Made by a program: the position numbers and the translations under genes. The notes beneath the pieces are model-generated. The model worked only from the letters and a program-made list of their open reading frames with translations. It searched no databases and was not told the DNA's origin. This document shows positions 1 to 12,531 of a DNA stretch of 64,000 bases, piece after piece. The stretch's first letter is position 1, and every line of letters begins with the position of its first letter. Source of the DNA: Amoebophrya sp. A120 (Eukaryota; Protista; Dinoflagellata); contig CAJINV010000004.1 in the NCBI GenBank assembly GCA_905178155.1, forward strand, positions 6,786,358 to 6,850,357, read 5' to 3'.

Positions 1-3000
1 GCAGGGCCGCGCTTTCGCCGCGCGGCTGGTTTGGCTTTCGCGCTGGTTAGATTTTCGCGCACGCATTTGGTTACCAATATCGCCCTCCGGGCGCGATCTT
101 CATACGGAGGAGGAGATGGAACAGCAGCAATTACAGGTGGGGGATCAAGTAGATGCTGGTACGAGGTTGTGAGCAGAAGGTGAACACCCTCCAAGGACAC
201 GCAGCCCTCAGCCTCACGTGGGTGCTTTCACTGAGGTTGGTTCGAACCTATTTTCGTTACATTGCGTTTTCAGCTGACGATGTATCACGATATGCTGACT
301 TCTTGCTTTATCTTTGTATGATTAGTCGTTTCGTATTCGCTCTTTTGTCCTTTTGCCTTTGCGTATAAAACTTGTACTATCACTGCTAGTGGAGCTCGAT
401 AACTACGCGACCCTAAGTGTAAGCCATCGAACGCGGCTCCCAGAGGCTCTGGCCGGTCGAATTGGTTCTCCTATCATGTAACTCCAACTACAAGACAACA
501 AGCTTATTCAATACCGACTCTGAAATGTGTATCATGTACGCCGCTACTTGTATTTTGCGCTGCGAAAAGTGCCGACGTATGAATATAATTACTTGCTAGA
601 CATTAAGGAAGGGCGGCACGCATTGCAAATCCGCATGCTGGTGTCCCCTTGTCCTTTCGTTCTCGTGTTCGACCGCGAAGCACTCCGAGCTGAAACCGAA
701 AGCACCGGGGGGCATAGAATAAGTAAGGGCAGCACAGTTTGGCCGCCCCCGTCTCTTATTTTCAGTTGCGCGCACTTGGCCCCCGGCCGTGTCGTGTAGT
801 TGGTGCGGCCGTGCTGCCGTGCCACGGCTGCCGGACCGCGCTGCCACGTTTTTGCGGGCCATGTCCTTCCCGGCCCGCCCTGGGGGGCGGCGGGGCGCGA
901 TTGGGCTGGGGTTTTGGTGGCGGTTGTCGGCGTAACATCGGCGCCCGGCCGCCCGGTCGTACCCCCTCCCTGCGCCGCGCGCGTGGTGTGCCACCAAGCC
1001 CCCGGCGCCCACGCGCATGCCCTCACCCTACCGCGCCCGCCCAGAAGACGGACCCAACGCGGCCGCTGGCCGGGTACCAAGCGAGAAGAACCGCCGGCGA
1101 ATTTCGCTCATGGGGGGCAGCGTCCTCGCTAGCAAGGGCCGTCGTGGTCCGGCTCCGAGGCGGGGGACTTTTTGCTTCGGCCCGGTGCGCACCATGGGGC
1201 CGCACCTGGGGCAATGTAGGGCGCAGGCGCCCTGTCCGGGTTGTAGCCCCAAGGCGCCAGCTTGCGGGCCGGCCCGTTCTGGTTGGGCAGGGCGCATGCG
1301 GGGGTGGCGGTCGGCCCCTGGTCTCGGGTCTGCTATGAAGAAGAGGCACGGTATGAGAGGCGGAAGACTGAAATCAACTAAAATCAAATGCCCGGACGTC
1401 GATAAACCAACCCCCAGAGCACAGCACTAGCTTCATAGTGGCGACTTACTTTTATGCCGTGGCCCTTGTCGTCGCGTTAGTTTTACTCATTGATAATTAT
1501 AGGCCACGGAGTCCGGTTTTTTTTTGCATCGCTTGCACACATCCTTCTGAAGCGCTTCTGACTTTGATGATTTCAATTTTATGCCTTTCATACTGCCGGA
1601 AATTCGAGCTTCGAGCTATTTTCTTTCCTGCATTACGGTGAACGACCCCGAGGACAACCCGGCCGGAAGTATTACCCTTTTGGAAATTTAGACGGGCGGA
1701 CGACCACGACGTGGCGGGGGGGGGGGCGCGTGACCAGGTGGCAGCTCGCGTCGGTACTTCGAACAAATTGCATCGCGAGGCGTACAAGTCCGCTGGGTTG
1801 CTTCCGTCCAAGTGGGTCGCCGGGACGACGAAAACCGCGCCCATCATTCCCACGGCGCCGCAGGCGGCGGCCGCGCACCCTTGTGCAGCACGCCTGCGGG
1901 CACGCGGCTACGTCCGGGGGAAGCCCCGCAGAAAGACCGGGCCCGCGCGCACGTAGCGCGTCAGCAACAAGACTGACCCCCCGCCTGGTTGCCCGGTGGC
2001 GCGGCCGGCCTGCCCTGGCAATGGGCAAGGCGCAAAGCCCCTAGCCCGGCGGCGGAGCCGGCCAGCAGGCAGAAGTGCTCCGCCCGACAGGAAGCAGAAA
2101 GTTGCCATCGGCGCAACGAACTAACGCGGGCCACTATTTTCGTCGGTCCGAGGCTGCCGCGCCTCTTTGTTTTGCCCCCCGCTGCTCCCGCTCCCTCGAA
2201 GCCCCAGCAAGAAGGGTCGCGGCCGGCACCCGGGCGGGGGCGGGGGGGGGTTGCTTCCCTCGGAGGCGGGGCGCCAATGTTGTACCTGACTTGGGTGCGT
2301 TCGTGTGGCGCGGGTGTTGTGCTTGCGCCGCGCGCCCGGGGGCGCGGCGTTGGGGTTCGTTGTTCGGGGTTGGGGCTTGGCGCCCCCGGGTCTGTGCCCC
2401 CGGCCCATCTATTTTGGTGGTTGTGTCATGTCAGTGTGGAGGCTGGCGCGCACGTTGTTTGCCGCCCCCGCCGCGGCGCGTGCGTCGGGCAGCGCAGCCA
2501 CTCAGATGGCCACATCGATTGCGTGCAGCGCGCTGTGCGCGCCTGCGCATCACGCAGCAGCGTGGAAGATGCTAGGCCATCGTCGTGGGCGAAATGGGAG
2601 ATGGTGGCTCGTTTCATCTCGCGTGTTTTTTTATATTATGGTGGCGTTAAACTTAAACTTGAAGCAGAAGCGGCTTGAAGCAGTCTGGATGCCAAAGTAA
2701 AGCGGTGTTGCGGTACAGACAGACGCACAGGGGTTGGCGCCGACAATCGTCAAGAAGACTGAGTGTGCCGTGAGCAAGTTGGTCTTTTCTTACCCAATTT
2801 ATCGGCCGAGCGTAGTAGTGGCGCAGCAGCACTGAGCGATGCCACAAAGTGGCTGCCGGACGAGAAGGCGAGCCGGGCCTACGGTTACTGAGATTGATAA
2901 GCATCTCGGATCAAATACAATTGAGAGCAGCACACATAGCGACGTAAGAAAGCTGTTGCGTAGCACACTCCTGGTGCAGGAGCTACAGCTAGAGATCCGT

Positions 3001-3064
3001 TTCCACACCGGTAGCGTGTGCATTTGAACTTTGTCTGTCTCCTTCGCATCTTTTGTCCAGAAAA

Positions 3065-6000
3065 ATGTCCGACGACGCCTCCGGGGCCGCACCAGCTGGT
3101 GGTGGCGGCGCCTCCGTCGAGATCGACGAGAAGGCCGATGATGGCGTGGCAAAATCCCAGTACCGCGTGGCCCGCATCCCCCCGCAGTACGAAGCTGCGC
3201 TCCCCAGTCTGGAGTACAAGCTGAAGACGATCGACCACTTTGATGAGTGTTTCGAGCTGGCCACCGCTGAATACAAAGACCCCGGGACCGGCCAGATCCG
3301 GCTGGTGAAGATATCAGATGCAAAAATGTCTGGGTCTGGAGGGATGCGAACTTGTGATGCGCATTTCACAACACAGACAAATCTCTCATGCATAGGCAGC
3401 AAAAGATGCGCACTTCCTGTCACCAAAATGGGGGATTTGTCAGGCGGATTAAGCAATGCGGAGGCTTCTCGAAATCTGTGGTGCTAGGGCTATTTCCATG
3501 ACAGACATTCTGGGTCATGCAAAAACTGCATGACAACTATCTGCATCCCTCCAGACCCAGACATTTTTGCAGTGCATAGAAGATCAAACGCTGCAAATTT
3601 GGCCCTTTGTCCCCCTGGATCCCGATCGCGAACAAGAACGACATCAAGCTGAAGGACCGGATCCGGTTCGTGCCGAAAAAGTCTGCGAAGGAGATACCAA
3701 ATGCAAAGATTAAAATGTCTGGGTCTGGAAGGGTGCGAACTTGTGATGCATACTTGGTGGATCACACAAAAATCTGTCATGCTTAGACAGCAAACGGAGC
3801 TCCTTTTCCTGTCGCCGAAAGAAGGTGTTTGTCATGCGGATTAAGCATTGGGAAACCGTCTCAAAACCTGTGATGCTAGGCCTTGCATGGCACACCTTCT
3901 GTGTCAAGCAGACACAGCATCACAAACCTCAGCAATGTTCCAGACCCAGACAGTTTTGCAATCCACAGGAGATGCAGGAGGACAAGTCTGCTGCCCGGGC
4001 CCAGCAGGTCCAGGACAAACTGGACTCGGTGCTGCAGTCCGACAGCGCGAAGGAGACGCGGTGGAAATATCTCGAGGAGGTGAAAGAACGCGACTTAGAG
4101 GAATACTACCGCTCCGACCGGATTGAGGTATAATGAAATTATCAAAAAACATAAAGTAAATAAATCAAGATGGTCATGTAGCTACGTAGTCCTTGACGAA
4201 CTTGTACTTGGTCTGCTCTAGAGCGTGCGCTTGATGTTGACAAACGTGGGTGTTTTCTATCTCCTGTTACCGTTACGTTAGTTTGCGATTCCGCTTGTTT
4301 CGCATCATTAAGTACACAAGTCACAAGATCTCACAATATCGATTAATCATTTTAATTTTTTGCACTTTGCTGTTCCTCGTCTCTACGAAACCCGGGTCAC
4401 AACAGAGGTCTTCCTGCGGGACCAAAGACTGGAGTTCTGCATGCGTATCTACGAGGAGGTCGATTTCTGGAGTCATTTGCGCATGCCGTTCAAGCTTCCC
4501 CGGCTGTTTGACGTGATCGTCCCGACGGACAAGACCAGTAAGAACGACCGGCTGGACATTGTCGAGGCCTTTCTGGTGTACGACTTGCCGCGGAGGCTTT
4601 CGCAAGCCGAGCTGTTCCACTTTATGTACCACATGCACCGGCAGAAATTCGCATTCGCGAAACACTTCTCCTCCTTTGTCAACAGCGTTTACTTAAACCC
4701 CATGACCGTTGTGCCCACCTGGAACCTGTCTTGCTACAATTTCGAGCTGGAAAAGCGGCAGCAGGAGCGGGCCGCCAAGGACCGCATTGGTGGCCTCGGG
4801 GGCGGTGGGGCGACTGCGAGTGCCAACTCGGCGGGCGGAATTACAGAGAGGCAAAGCAGTAGAGAACAACAACAGGCTGTCAAGGGGAAAGTGCCCGGCA
4901 AGGAGAAGCAAGCGGTGAAGAAGAAAAGCTCCACTGGACTACTGAATTCTAGCGGGAAGCTGACGCGGACGCCGGCTTTAGAGCAGAGCGACGACGGAGG
5001 TGCAAGTGGCTCTACTTCGTCCGGAATCAAAAGCGGCGGTACTTCTAAACACGGCGAGCCGGTGACCACCGAGTATCAGCAGCGGCGGTACGCACTGGAG
5101 CAGAAGCGGGCCGCCGCGAATTTGCAGCTCCTGAACAAAAAGATCCGTCCAAAGCACCCCTGCTGCAGCGCCATGCACCCGGACGACCGCTTTCTGTCAC
5201 CGGAACAGGTGGTTGGGGGGGAATTGTCCGACAAATCGGACGTTTTCGCCGGCGCGCTGTGCATCGCTGCGGACAAGCTGAATCGCGTGAAAGACAGTGA
5301 CGTGTCACTTGAGGAGCGGAAAGCCGCAGAAGTGCCGATCTGCTCGGGCCTGGAGCGTATCAAATGCAAAAATGTCTGGGTCTGGAAGAATGCAAGCCTG
5401 TCATGCTTGTCTGGCATGAATCGAGAATCTGTGTTGCATAGGCACGAAAAGGCCCTCTTACCTGTTATGCAAAAACGCAGTTTGCAATGCGGAATACGTC
5501 GTAAGACATGGGAGCCAAAATATTTGTCATGCATAGCGGCGTACTGCAGTCCGTCTACCATTCACTTTTAACATTACAAGTTTCGAGACCCAGACATATT
5601 TGCAATGCATACAGCCGCCCGTGGAGCGGTTGTGTATCGGGGCGGGGATTGCCATGTTCTACGACGAGAAAGCGCGAAAGCAGATGGAGGACGCGGCCAG
5701 CAAGAAGAAAAAGGGAAAGAAATTCGTCGACTTGGATGATGACGAGGAGAATGGCGAGAAAAAGCACACTTCAAAAAAAAACGGGGGAACAAGAAAAAGC
5801 GCGAATAGCAAGGCTGGTACAACAACAGACAGCTCATTATCCGGCGGGAAGCAGCTGCAAGGAGCAGGCAATGGTACTACTACAACTTCATCCGTGGGTG
5901 CAGAAGTCGACGAACAGACCACGGGTGGGATGAAGAAGGACGCAACAGAAGTAGGAGTAGTAGATGATCACGGAGGTGAAGTCGTTTCTAGTGCGGCCGA

Positions 6001-7556
6001 TCAAGAAGGCAGCACAAGAACTGCAACAGGAGGTGGGGACGAGAAGCTGACCGCGACAGAACATGAGCAACAAGGAGAATCATCCGCACCGCAACAAGGT
6101 GGAGACACGGACAGTGTGAAAAGAGCTAGCAGCACTCTAGACACCGTCGAAGAAGAGTCCGAGCGCGCCCGGCTGGAGGCGGTCCGGGGGATGGACAACC
6201 AGTATGGGGTGATCGTCCCCTTGGCGCAGGTATGCATTGCAAATATGTCTGGGTCTGGAAGGTTGCAACTTGTGACGCTGGCTTTGGATTCTGAAAAAGA
6301 TTTGTATTGCATGAACAGCAACAGAGGTGCAATTTTTGCTACGCGGAGAGGGCATTGCTCATGCGGTATGAGCATCAGAAAGCCCTCGCAGAATCTCTGA
6401 CGCTACAGCATGCATCACAGACCTCGTGGGCCATGCAAAATCTACATGACAAACTCCTGCACTCTTCCCGACCCAGACATATTTGCATTTGATAGCAGGA
6501 GGTGCACCAGAGAAGCACGTCGCCCACCAGTAAGGTGCCGGACAAGTTTGAAGAGATTAAGAAAGAGGAAAAGCGGAAACAGCAGGAAAAGGAAGAGAAG
6601 AAAAAAGCTTCTAGTGCTGGTAGTGCAAGTTCATCCGCAGGAGCAAAAACAGACACGGCGACGGATGTTGGTGGAGGAAGTACAAACAAGCAGCAGAACA
6701 AAGACAAAGAGAAAGGCTCATCGTCATCTGCAGGTGGAGCAAACAAGCTGTCGAGCTCTTCTTCATCTTCTACCGCAAATCTCCAAAGGCAAAATAGCAG
6801 TGCTAAGCCCTTTTACACCGCGGAGCAGCAGAAGTCGTTGGAGAAAATGAAGCAGTACTTCTGGATATCCTGTGTAAAAACGTACCCACCCCAGAGTTGT
6901 CATGCAATTCTGCATTCCAAAAAAGTTTCTCATGCGTAGCGCCATCAAAAGCATTTTCTAGTCGTGTTTTTCAATTTGTGATGCTATAATGAGCATGATA
7001 TACTAGATCTGTGATGCTGCTGAACTACCTAAACAGGATCACACTATGAGGAGAAACTTGTCATGCCAACCGACCAAAGCTGGCTGATTTGTCTAGCAGA
7101 TTTCCCATCTTGACTCTAGTGGTAGTGTGGGGACGTTTTTACAAATGATACTGGAAGTACTACGAGCCGCTGGAGTGGGAGGATATACTCACCAACAATG
7201 CGGTGTGGGACGCTTTGTCGGATCCCCGGCTCGAAAACTGCTTCAACTTGGACCCACGCGCGCGGCCGACGGCGTTAGAGATGATAAAGCGTTTCGACCA
7301 GAAATACGACCCGGATATCGAGGAGAAGGTCCGGTGCGAGAACCGGGGCATCGATTTTCACTCCTCGGACCTCGACGATAAGGACCTTCCGTTGGAATTA
7401 GCGCAGCGGATGGAAAACGAATGGGAGCGGGAAAAGTACAGCGACGCGGTCAATTTTCGCTTCCATTTTTTGCGGCTGGCGCAAAGGTTTCACGCTGATT
7501 ACTACGTGCCGCCGATCGAGGAATTCGATGAGAGGTGGCGGAGCCAGTTTGAATGA
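3065..7556 (+). CDS. Divergent protein kinase-like (possible pseudokinase), multi-exon
   Basis: Removing introners 3312-3578, 3695-3967, 5357-5612, 6231-6494 and 6866-7150 plus GT-AG intron 4128-4407 gives one frame. It contains kinase C-lobe-like motifs FLSPEQ..ELSDKSDVFA (subdomains VIII-IX) and ENCFNLDPRARPTALEMI (XI). No clear HRD or DFG. Confidence 0.65.
3312..3578. mobile_element. Introner-like element, TIR family A (TGCAAAAATGTCTGGGTCTGGA)
   Basis: TAT...ATA ends, TIR, direct repeat GAAGA on both sides; removal gives LVK-IKRCKF in frame. Confidence 0.9.
3695..3967. mobile_element. Introner-like element, family A
   Basis: Degenerate TIR ends, direct repeat GGAGA; removal gives KE-MQEDK. 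Confidence 0.85.
5357..5612. mobile_element. Introner-like element, family A
   Basis: GTAT...ATAC ends, 3-bp repeat AGC; removal gives GLE-PPVERL. Confidence 0.8.
6231..6494. mobile_element. Introner-like element, family A
   Basis: Direct repeat GCAGG (also creates GT-AG borders); removal gives LAQ-EVHQ. Confidence 0.9.
6866..7150. mobile_element. Introner-like element, family C (GTAAAAACGT.CCCAC)
   Basis: Direct repeat CTGGA; removal gives YFW-KYYEPLEW. Confidence 0.9.
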
Positions 7557-8649
7557 AAAAACACGAAGTTTTAGTACTTACTAACTAAGCATTAATTCCT
7601 TTGTTCAACATCTGTGATTCAGAATCCAATAGAAAAGCTGCAGTGTCATCTTTCAAAGCAAGAAAGTAGAACTTGTTATGATCCCACCTGCGGCATCAAC
7701 GTCGGAGATATTGATGTTGGGCTCCGTCAGTCGAGAAAAGAAGTAGAGAATCAGTGAAAAAACGAATTCGGTTTTGCAACAGTGAACAAAAAACGTCAAT
7801 CTCGGTTTTGTTTTCACCGGCACGACAGCGCACGACCTGCACTTACAACTACTGCCACGTATATTTACCAGTGCAAGAACTACAAACAGGAAAAATCGGT
7901 CTTCGTATTCTATTCCTGCCCATAATTGACTACTTATTAAGTAGTACTTACAGCCTAGTCGTACCGAGCAAAAAGAAGCAAAGGCAAAATGAGAATAAAA
8001 GCCTTAATAATATCAATCGTGATTTTCATTCGGTCTGCTCGTGCACCGCGTCGTACAAAAACAAAGAAGGACAAATACCGATGTGAATTGGATTGGTCGT
8101 CTCCTATTTGTACTTTCGTCGTTTTCGTATTCGTGGTCTTGTTTTTGATAACATTCAAATTTATCCTTGTCTTGTTCCTTTACCGATGCACTACCTACAG
8201 GACAAAAAATCACGCCAACTTTTGGTCCCCACACGACAATTCGAGCTTTACCTGACTCTCACTAGTTTCCCACCGCAAGAAATTTATACTTCGCAACTGC
8301 ATCCAAGCTAGTACGGAGTCTGACTAAGCTGCCGTATTGTTCAATCAGATTAAGTTTCAGAGCAAAAGCTACTTGAGTTTCCGAGAATAAACTAACAACC
8401 TCCTTTCGTAGGCATCATGGTGCAAGAATTGAGTATTGCGGACAAGATCGCCGCCCTGCGGAAAACCTCCATCGTGCTGGGCGCAGCACCCTGGGAACTG
8501 AAAAAGCGCGAGGGACGCAGGACGGACTGGGTATAATAGATTCATATTTATTTTTTTAGTAGTACAACTATCAAACCGTCTTGCTGCTGCTCAATGCTGA
8601 ATCTTGCACTTGATGAATGATCCATATGAAGCTTGCTAATGGCTAGGGT

Positions 8650-10990
8650 TTAACTCTAAAGCGCACGACACCAAAATTAATTCAAAACGAATTCAAACCG
8701 ATTTCAAAATGTAGCACTTTCGGCGTTTCGGAAACGTCAGAGTGGCCTGAAAGTCGTTTCCTTCGTTTCCTCAAATCGGCTAATGTTGAGCGAAAGGCGA
8801 AGCGCCCGTCGCACCCGTTGGCGTTGTCTTGAAAGTGGCGCCAGCGTCTATGCTTCAGAATGTATCTGCTATTGCGCAGGTCCCATGCCATGGCTTGGGA
8901 CAGTGAGCCCTTCCGGCGCATGGTTTCTGTTTGTGGCGATGGCCTAATCATCTCGTCTGAACCAGGCGCCGTCGTCTCTCTGAGGCCGCCGCCTGGCGCT
9001 GGTTTATCTTCTATCAGACGAGGAGGACGCGCGGCAGCCTTCGCGCAAAAAAACGAAGGGGCTGCTCAGGAGTGCCTAGCGCTCCAGCTTGGCTGGCTGG
9101 CGCACAGTAGCACGGGGGTTAAAGCGAGCGCATCTGCTGCGCTGAGTCGTGCCCCTATTTTGGTAGTTGAGCCAATGTTTCTAGCACGAGCAGAGCCCTA
9201 AAACAAGTAAAGACGACGCAGGGCAGAGCGCAATAGGAATAGCCGGGCCGTGTTTGGTGCGCTTCAGGGGTAGAACGTAGCGCCAGCGCGTCTGACTTGG
9301 CAGCGTCGGGGCGGTGTTTTCCTCTCCTCTGGTTGACCCAGGTCTTGCTTCTTGGAACTGTGTGCTGACCACACGACAACGTCCGGTGGAGTGGCTCCAA
9401 CATTGGCGGCGTCTCCAGGCCGGGACCCTGCGATGGACGATTAGCACTCTCGGCAGGCCCAGTCCCGTTCTGGGCGCGGGATTGCCTGCTCAAGTGTGGG
9501 CCGGCCCCTTCTCCTCGCGCAGTGCGCCTACCTCCACAGAGCTGCCTGCCTGCGGTTTCGCTTATTCCGGCAGCCCGGGCGCCGGAAGGGCATTCCGGAC
9601 GGAGCAGTCCCGGGGCCGGGCGACTGGTGTGCTTTTCTCTTGCCAAGAGGGGGGGTTGCGTATTGGCTTCCCCAGTTACCGCACTCGTAGACGGTTTTTG
9701 TATTTTTCCGTATTTCTCGGAGAACAGAAATTCGAACTCCGATTTTCTGTTTCCGGGGCTCATTTCAAAATCAAGTTCAAAATCCGTTCAAATTCCGTTC
9801 AAAACCAAATTTCTAATATGGGGAAGGGGCTTTGAACGGATTTTGAACGGAAATTGAACGGAGATTTGAATTTCGTTTTGAAATTGGCGGGGAATTTGAA
9901 ATACGTTTTGAAATTGGCGGGAAATTTGAATCACGTTTTGAAATTGGCCTGTGGGATGAATTTCGTTTTGAAATTGGCCTCCCCCATAAATGACGCTTCG
10001 AAATGTCAACCGGGGGCGAAGCCACGCTCCGAGCCTAGGGCCGGGGCCACTCGACCGCCAGCATGCCTGAAAATTGCCGCCAGGTAGCCCCCACAGCAGC
10101 AGCGGCAAAGGTATTCTGGAGGCGCGCGCGCTGCGCGCGCGCGTATTATTCATCTTTCATTCGCCAGCTAGGGCCAGCAATAAATGCCGCGCGCCCTGTG
10201 TCCTTCTTCGTGTTTTGGCAAAGCGCATCGAAGCGCGAAGGCCTGTGGCATCGCTTGGAGTGGATGGCTGGAAGCCGGACAACCTGGGGCCACTGCGCTT
10301 GTGTGGTCGTCCACGCCCAATGCTGTGGCTGCGCGGCTAATTGCCTTGCTTCAGGTAGATTCGTTGTCTCTGCGGTAGTTGCTGCTCCCCACATGGTGGC
10401 CTCGGGAGTTCGACGCGGGCCGCGACGGTGGTAACCGAAGGGCCAGGCCTCTCTTGTCCCGCCTTGCAAAAAAAGCAATCCGCCCTCCTGAAGGTTGGGC
10501 GCTTATTTTTCATACTCATCCGGGCGAGTAGCATAGCGTAGCCTCCTCGTGTATTGTGGCCTTTGGTTGTGGTGTCTTCCACCGCCCGGCCCCGTGCTGC
10601 CTGCGGCCGGCGGGAGGGGTGCCCGGTAAGCTCGGCTTTGTCGGGCGTTTTCCTTCCACAAACCGGCGGAGGGCGCTCGGTGGGATCGTTGAATGATAGA
10701 TGCTCGCCGAGGATGGTGTGAGTGTGAGAGCGGTACAACACCACGAGCGGGCGGTGAGTGATGGGAGTCTGCTTGCGACTATTGTCCCCAAAGCGTTCAT
10801 TGTGTGGGATGACGACCAAACCTGGGCCAGGTTCTGTGGTGGGGCGGGCATGGCAACTGCTGACTTTTTTTGCAAAATGACCCTCGCCACAGGTGTCCAA
10901 TGGCACCATGAAAGTCTGAAACATTGAAATTTTGAATTTGGTTTGAATTCGATTTGAAAAAGAATTAATTTTCGGTGACTTTGGATTTAA
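8650..10990. mobile_element. Putative foldback/TIR element (~2.3 kb)
   Basis: Flanked by direct repeat CTAGGGT (8643-8649, 10991-10997). Imperfect ~60-bp AT-rich inverted ends (AAAATTAATTC..CGAATTCAAACC..TTCAAAAT). Inverted repeat 9775-9803/9831-9859 at its centre. Confidence 0.6.
9865..9990. repeat. 30-bp tandem repeat, ~4 copies
   Basis: Unit approx TTTGAATTTCGTTTTGAAATTGGCGGGGAA repeated head to tail. Confidence 0.85.
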
Positions 10991-12531
10991 CTAGGGTGTT
11001 CTTGTACTAATGCACACTTGGTTCATCTTGATCACGACATCAAATCGAAAAGAAAGTTAACCACGCTCGTCATGAGACAACGAACGTAAATAAAAGCAAA
11101 ACTACTGTACCACGAAAAAGTTTTTTTTACGCAAGATGAACAAAATCGATAGGAATAAAAATCAAAAACAGAACCACGCCGGGCGCCCGCGCAACGGCGA
11201 GAAGCTCCAAGCCAAGGCCCCGGCAAAAGTGGAAAAGGTTCCGGTTTACACAACCGCGAAACTTGAGTCGGAGATGAAGGCCCGCTTCCAAGTCGTCGGC
11301 TTCACCCAGGCCTCGGCTTTTTGAGGTGCTGAAGCAAATTAGCTTTTTGTAGTAGAACAAGGGTATAAAAATACAGTACAACACGCACAATGAATTCTTT
11401 AACAGAGCAGGAAGTTGTCCCCTCACAAATCTTCCTCGTCTAGATAATCAAACAGCCCGCTTTCACATTTTACGTAGCCCGTGAACTACGTTGGTTCTTT
11501 ATTTGCTCACTGCAGTTCCCGTCGTCGGTGGGTCAGTGAAATAAAAAGACTAGCGGCGCATAATTTTTTCCTCGACAAAGTTTTGTGTAGTTCTATGAGT
11601 TTCACAACAGATTGTTTGATGAGCGTAAGTACCCCGACCGCGATGCATTCATGAAGCAGTGCAGCCACAACATCAAGTCGAAATTTTGTGACTACTCGAT
11701 AGAGTTAGAGGAAAAACACAATACAAAAGTTGTACTCACCTAAGCTAGCTTGGTACCCCCAGGCTGCGATTGACCATAAGCATAGCATTTTCATCACAAG
11801 AAGTCACACAGAAGAATATACTGGGCCAAGAAAGCTGCAACCCTGCTAATTGACGCGTATCCCCCTGTTCCTTGCGAAAATTACTAAAAGTTTTTGCGAA
11901 AAATATACCTTTGAGGTGCGTGTTGCGAAGATTCATCACGGCTCCTCATCCTCTGCGCTTCGGATTTTCCCATTGTGTACATCAGTTTGTTCGATTGCGA
12001 TTGCGATGGAGATTCAAACGATCTTCTCTCGTTTGATTTTTGCCGTCGAAAGGACGGTATCTCATGCTGCGAAATAACAAAGAAATGTTTATACTTTTAC
12101 CCGCATGGTCTTGGTCCCTCCGGATCCTTGGTGCTTGTCCCTGTTTGATCAGAAAGATTCGTAGAGCTTTTTCACGATCTTTTTGCTGTGGTGTGAAGAG
12201 ATCTGCATTGTCGTCGTTGCTTTTGCGCTGATGAAAAGTAAAAAAATTGTTGACGAAATAAATCCGGAGGCATTTTTGAAAGAGATGTAAGTAAGCAGAA
12301 GTGTGCAAGCCACTCTCTCATGCAGGTGCAGCAAAAGTTGGCCTCAAGCTCAATGGATACCTTGTGAAGATTTGCCGCACCACGGTGTTGTATCATATAG
12401 GGGAAAGAACTGAAAGTTTTAGCAGTCAAAAAAATGGCCGGGTGGGCAGTGGGTGGAACAACGTCAACGCCGGGCGCAGCTGGAGCACCGTGAACGACAC
12501 CAAAGGCTGCAACTCCAGGTTTTGCAGGATC

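Noticed and set aside
589-2700. Many overlapping Arg/Gly/Pro/Ala-rich ORFs in GC islands (also 8900-10900, 28850-31700, 34000-35660)
   Set aside because: Expected from stop-codon scarcity at high GC; open in most frames on both strands; no domain motifs
8643-8652. TAGGGTTT as a telomeric repeat
   Set aside because: Single unit; better explained as part of the flanking target duplication
9865-9990. 30-bp repeats as a possible CRISPR array
   Set aside because: Head-to-tail with no unique spacers, no cas genes, eukaryotic context
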